Assembly: GCF_023055435.1 (NCBI RefSeq)
Contig: NW_025963815.1
Location: 310,001-374,000 of the forward strand
Direction: 5' to 3'
DNA: 64,000 nt
Origin: Haliotis rufescens
Taxonomy: Eukaryota
The notes below the pieces were generated by a model that saw nothing but the letters and a program-made list of their open reading frames with translations, did not search any database and was not told the origin of the DNA. This document shows, piece by piece, positions 61,201 through 64,000 of this stretch. The translations under genes and the position numbers were made by a program. Each line of letters opens with the position of its first letter. The first letter of the stretch is position 1.

Positions 61201-62167
61201 TCAAACAGTCTGGCATTTTCTTTCAGTTTGAAATACCTTACTATGTGACACCTACCTTTTCCGATTACAAGGAACATCTTATATACATTGTCAGGCAGGG
61301 CATCAGTGTACTGGTCCGCTATGGCCACGTCCAAGTCCAGGGCCATGACAGCTGAACACAAAGTAAGGACACATGATAATTTCTGATATAGCACACGTAT
61401 AAAAACTGACGATTTCCCACTCTACCCAATACCTCTGACCAATTAATCACACCATTTCGAGCTCATTCCATCCTTCCCCACCACCTTGTACCATATTCCA
61501 CCCCTTCTTACGACATCCCACCCCTTCTTACGACATCCCACCCCTTCTTACGACATCCCACCCCTTCTTACGACATCCCACCCCTTCTTACGACATCCCA
61601 CCCCTTCTGTTCTCGCCCCATCCCATCTCACTCTGTCCTACCATGTCCTACCCCGTCCTACCCCGTCTCACCCTGCCTTACCCTATCTCACCCCATCTTA
61701 CTCCGTCCCACCCCGTCTCACCATGCCCTACCCCGTATTACCCCATCCCACCCCTTCTTATAGCGTCCCACCTTCGTACACCGCCCCACCACGCTTTAAC
61801 CCATCCAACCCCCACCTCACCCCTTCTTACCCTGTCTAGTATAAGCTGGTCATACCCCTTCCTACCCCGTCCAACCCCTTCTTACGCCACCCCACACCGC
61901 CCTACCCCGTCCCAAGCCGTTTTACACCGTACTACCCCAAAACCTGTGACGCCCCATCTCATCCAATCCCTCCTCACGACGTCCTATTTCCTACCCTTCC
62001 CTACCCATACCGACCCACAAGAACCCTATACAGCATGAACTGTATCTACCTCCTCGTGTCTGGCTGTTCCACACCGTGTCCCTGATGGCCACTGAGGATG
62101 TGCAGGTGACCACAAGCAACGCCCGGTCTCCTGGCCGCACAATGTGTCGATTATTTGACGCAAAACA
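49139..62167 (-). CDS. Gene B (5'-partial, 10 exons in window): paralogous REJ-like/GAIN-GPS single-pass receptor
   Basis: Ten GT-AG exons sum to 1812 nt (604 codons including TAA); intron phases match gene A's last nine exons; GPS and TM motifs present. Confidence 0.88.
50062..50197 (-). CDS. Gene B exon: TM helix (GMIVGIVLGIIVLMIVIILLIVFIVY-RCTRNK)
   Basis: tcacag|CC acceptor, CCAG|gtaagc donor, 136 nt; absent from the ORF track. Confidence 0.87.
50300..51967. repeat. 25-bp minisatellite with a higher-order duplication of about 499 bp
   Basis: agaagacaatcaagtatgtgatgcc; near-identical ORFs at 51287 and 51786. Confidence 0.92.
52055..52904. repeat. 48-bp minisatellite
   Basis: tgtgtaggtcattgcttcagtgtatactgatttatgtaccggtctacg. 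Confidence 0.95.
52921..53142 (-). CDS. Gene B exon: GPS motif (CVFWD...WSTEGV...ECRASHF|TTY)
   Basis: ttccag|AT acceptor, CAAG|gtaagt donor, 222 nt. Confidence 0.9.
54226..55035. repeat. Interrupted CTA/CTG triplet tracts around SINE fragments
   Basis: Tracts near 54226-54352, 54540-54638 and 55000-55035. Confidence 0.8.
55040..55161 (-). CDS. Gene B exon (LGYKNVVIKV...IIEVSFLDPAT)
   Basis: ttgcag|G acceptor, ACAA|gtgagt donor, 122 nt, phase 2-1. Confidence 0.84.
56042..56555 (-). CDS. Gene B exon: helical GAIN-A-like region (RSMEAAVLL...IKFGESVRS)
   Basis: ttgtag|GC acceptor, CGAA|gtaagt donor, 514 nt, phase 1-2; lies within ORF 56038-56811. Confidence 0.87.
58094..58223 (-). CDS. Gene B exon (VCVGGENGLCRTL...IDLLNNQ)
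   Basis: gtccag|GTG acceptor, CAAA|gtaagg donor, 130 nt. Confidence 0.83.
58407..58567. mobile_element. Tc1/pogo-type MITE
   Basis: ta-cagtaaactacg...cgtagtttactg-ta inverted termini. Confidence 0.65.
59078..59345. repeat. 58-bp tandem repeat (4-5 copies)
   Basis: catcaagttctcgtcatcaccacgagtcaaggtcaaggtcactgtacaagaagctgta. Confidence 0.9.
59449..59619 (-). CDS. Gene B exon (ISITTRKVDGPGGMTY...GNTFHVE)
   Basis: ttgcag|ATA acceptor, GAG|gtgagg donor, 171 nt, phase 0-0. Confidence 0.85.
60411..60562 (-). CDS. Gene B exon (IVEGGNMYNLQATITD...CPSSYTELNK)
   Basis: ttccag|GC acceptor, AAG|gtaggt donor, 152 nt. Confidence 0.85.
61256..61351 (-). CDS. Gene B exon (VMALDLDVAIADQY...FLVIGK)
   Basis: gttcag|CT acceptor, AAAG|gtaggt donor, 96 nt. 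Confidence 0.8.
61470..62030. repeat. C-rich tract with 20-bp repeat ccccttcttacgacatccca
   Basis: Perfect copies at 61501-61608, degenerate downstream. Confidence 0.85.
62050..62167 (-). CDS. Gene B exon (CFASNNRHIVRPGDRALLVVTC...VWNSQTRG)
   Basis: ttacag|TGT acceptor, GGAG|gtagat donor on the minus strand, 118 nt, phase 0-1. Confidence 0.75.
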
Positions 62168-63386
62168 CTGTAAAGAATGATTAAAAAATCAGATACATGT
62201 GCATTTCAACAGGATTTGTGATGAAATATATTTACAGTTTAACACAATCTTTTACTTGATCTACAATTCACGGAAATTCCATATTTAATCACATGAGTAT
62301 ATATGTTGATCAGGTTTTCGGTCCATGTATTCAAACGCGAACGAAAAAAATCAATTTTATTTATTAATCTGTGCCTTTAAAACACATTTATCGTTGTAAC
62401 TAGGTTTCCAAAAGAACGTTGTGAAGAAGTCGCTGATGTTGAAATTACGATTATTATTATTACTATTAAAGTACCGAGTACATATTTTCTTAAACGTCTT
62501 GATCGTGAGACATACAGATTATTATTCGAGCATGTGTTTCATACTGATTTTACGACACGACTGTCAGAATTCTTGTATTTTTCTATCGAGAACGAGGGTA
62601 TTAATTACTAGTATATGGATTCTCACATCCGTTTCGTAAAATGAGTCCAACACACACGCGAGTGTAGTAATTTCTTATTACTCGTTTTTTCCTTATTCTT
62701 CGGAGCTACCCTTTAGAAACATGCACAGATCACGACCGCCATCTTAGAAAAGCACAATTGTCAAAAGAAATTTCAGCTATGACGTCCTTTCTAGTGTGAC
62801 GTCATTCGACCTTACGTCACAATAAGATTCGAATGACGTCAACAATGCCGTCCGGATGACATAAACAATACACTAGTGATATTTGCACGAGTGCACATAC
62901 AATCATTAAGGGATGACTGTGTACACAGTGCACATACAATCAATTCTTAGTAATAACTGTGTATATCATTTAACTTAAGCATTTATCCATGACATAAGCT
63001 TATGACATAAAAACATGTATGTCATACCCCAATGACATAAGTATGCAAATTAGATATGCAAATTAGATAACCGGAAGAGCGAGCGGTTTGATTTGAAACT
63101 ATATATTATAAGTGAAGTTACACCAGAGATATAATCAGATTACACAGAATCGTTGTTGTTACCGTTATTAACGTTTCAATTATTCTGCAAAAGTCTGTTC
63201 AAGTATTTTGTTTAAAATAATCCGAGGAACTTTTTTTCTCAGCGAATTGTTTATTTTGGTTTACATGGCTATGGAAAACATATATCACTACGCACGATCT
63301 ATACGTAAGATTTCGACAAGTTGCTGATGTTAATGTTTAATGCAATTATTCCTCAGTTTGGAAGCAAAAGTGTGAAAATGATAAAT

Positions 63387-63502
63387 AGAATTAATCACTC
63401 GTGTTTTTTAATATGGGAAATATCAACCTAGTCCCGTTAATCGATTAACTAAGACTCGGTTGATATTTCCCATATTAAAAAACACTCGTGATGAATCCTC
63501 TA
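63387..63502. mobile_element. Palindromic MITE/hairpin
   Basis: atcactcgtgttttttaatatgggaaatatcaacc / ggttgatatttcccatattaaaaaacactcgtgat arms. Confidence 0.65.
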
Positions 63503-64000
63503 TATACACTGTGTATTTTTTACAGTTTGCACATCGGTTTTTCGATTCATACCTCAATGAACCGAACAAAATACACAGTCAATCCTTAAATAACTCGGTT
63601 ATTTCTAACACTCATTGTAATAAACTGAATTGTTATATCTCTACTAATCTTGCAATTCCATTGGTTAATCCGTACCATGTGACGAAACAATACATTTCAA
63701 TGTTGACCCCGAAATCATGACACTGACCTCGACTATTGACTCGTCACATGATCAGTATTGATCTATCACGTGATGAATATTGACTGCTAGAAAACAAGAT
63801 GGCGTCTAGTACTAACATTTCACAGTTCGCAGCTAAGTTACTGTAACGAAACAGAGGACGGTTTGAGACTTCATAATCTTTCAAATGAATTTCGGTATAA
63901 CAAACGAATGGTTACTCTTTACCTGGCAAATGAACGAAAACAAGGACCCTCGGACCCGACCGCTTCGGCGGTCAGACCACCTCGGGGTTCGGGTCCTCGG

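Overview
AT-rich, intron-rich animal genomic DNA. A mollusc (possibly a gastropod such as abalone) is my inference from the style of the SINEs and satellites and is not proven. The window holds the 3' parts of two paralogous genes arranged tail-to-tail. Gene A (+ strand, 23 exons, 3893-40653, 3974 nt, frame-consistent, about 1323 aa in window, 5' end upstream) encodes Cys-rich D-x-C-G-V-C-G-G-D repeats, IPT/TIG-like folds, a PKD/REJ-like beta-rich region, paired furin-type sites, a GAIN/GPS motif (HL|T), one TM helix and a tail of about 20 aa. Gene B (- strand, 10 exons, 62167-49139, 1812 nt, 603 aa in window, 5' end beyond the window) matches gene A exon-for-exon in intron phase. It has a GPS motif (HF|T), one TM helix and a longer Ser/Arg-rich tail. 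Both look like polycystin-1/REJ-type ectodomains on a single-pass anchor, with no 7TM or 11TM module. Gene A uses two GC-AG introns. The introns and spacer carry three SINE-like families with a shared 3' tail, a deleted mariner, several MITEs and more than ten minisatellites. One minisatellite visibly derives from a duplicated piece of a gene A intron, and an inverted pseudo-exon copy of gene B lies in the spacer. Almost all supplied ORFs that do not overlap these exons are repeat-derived or spurious.
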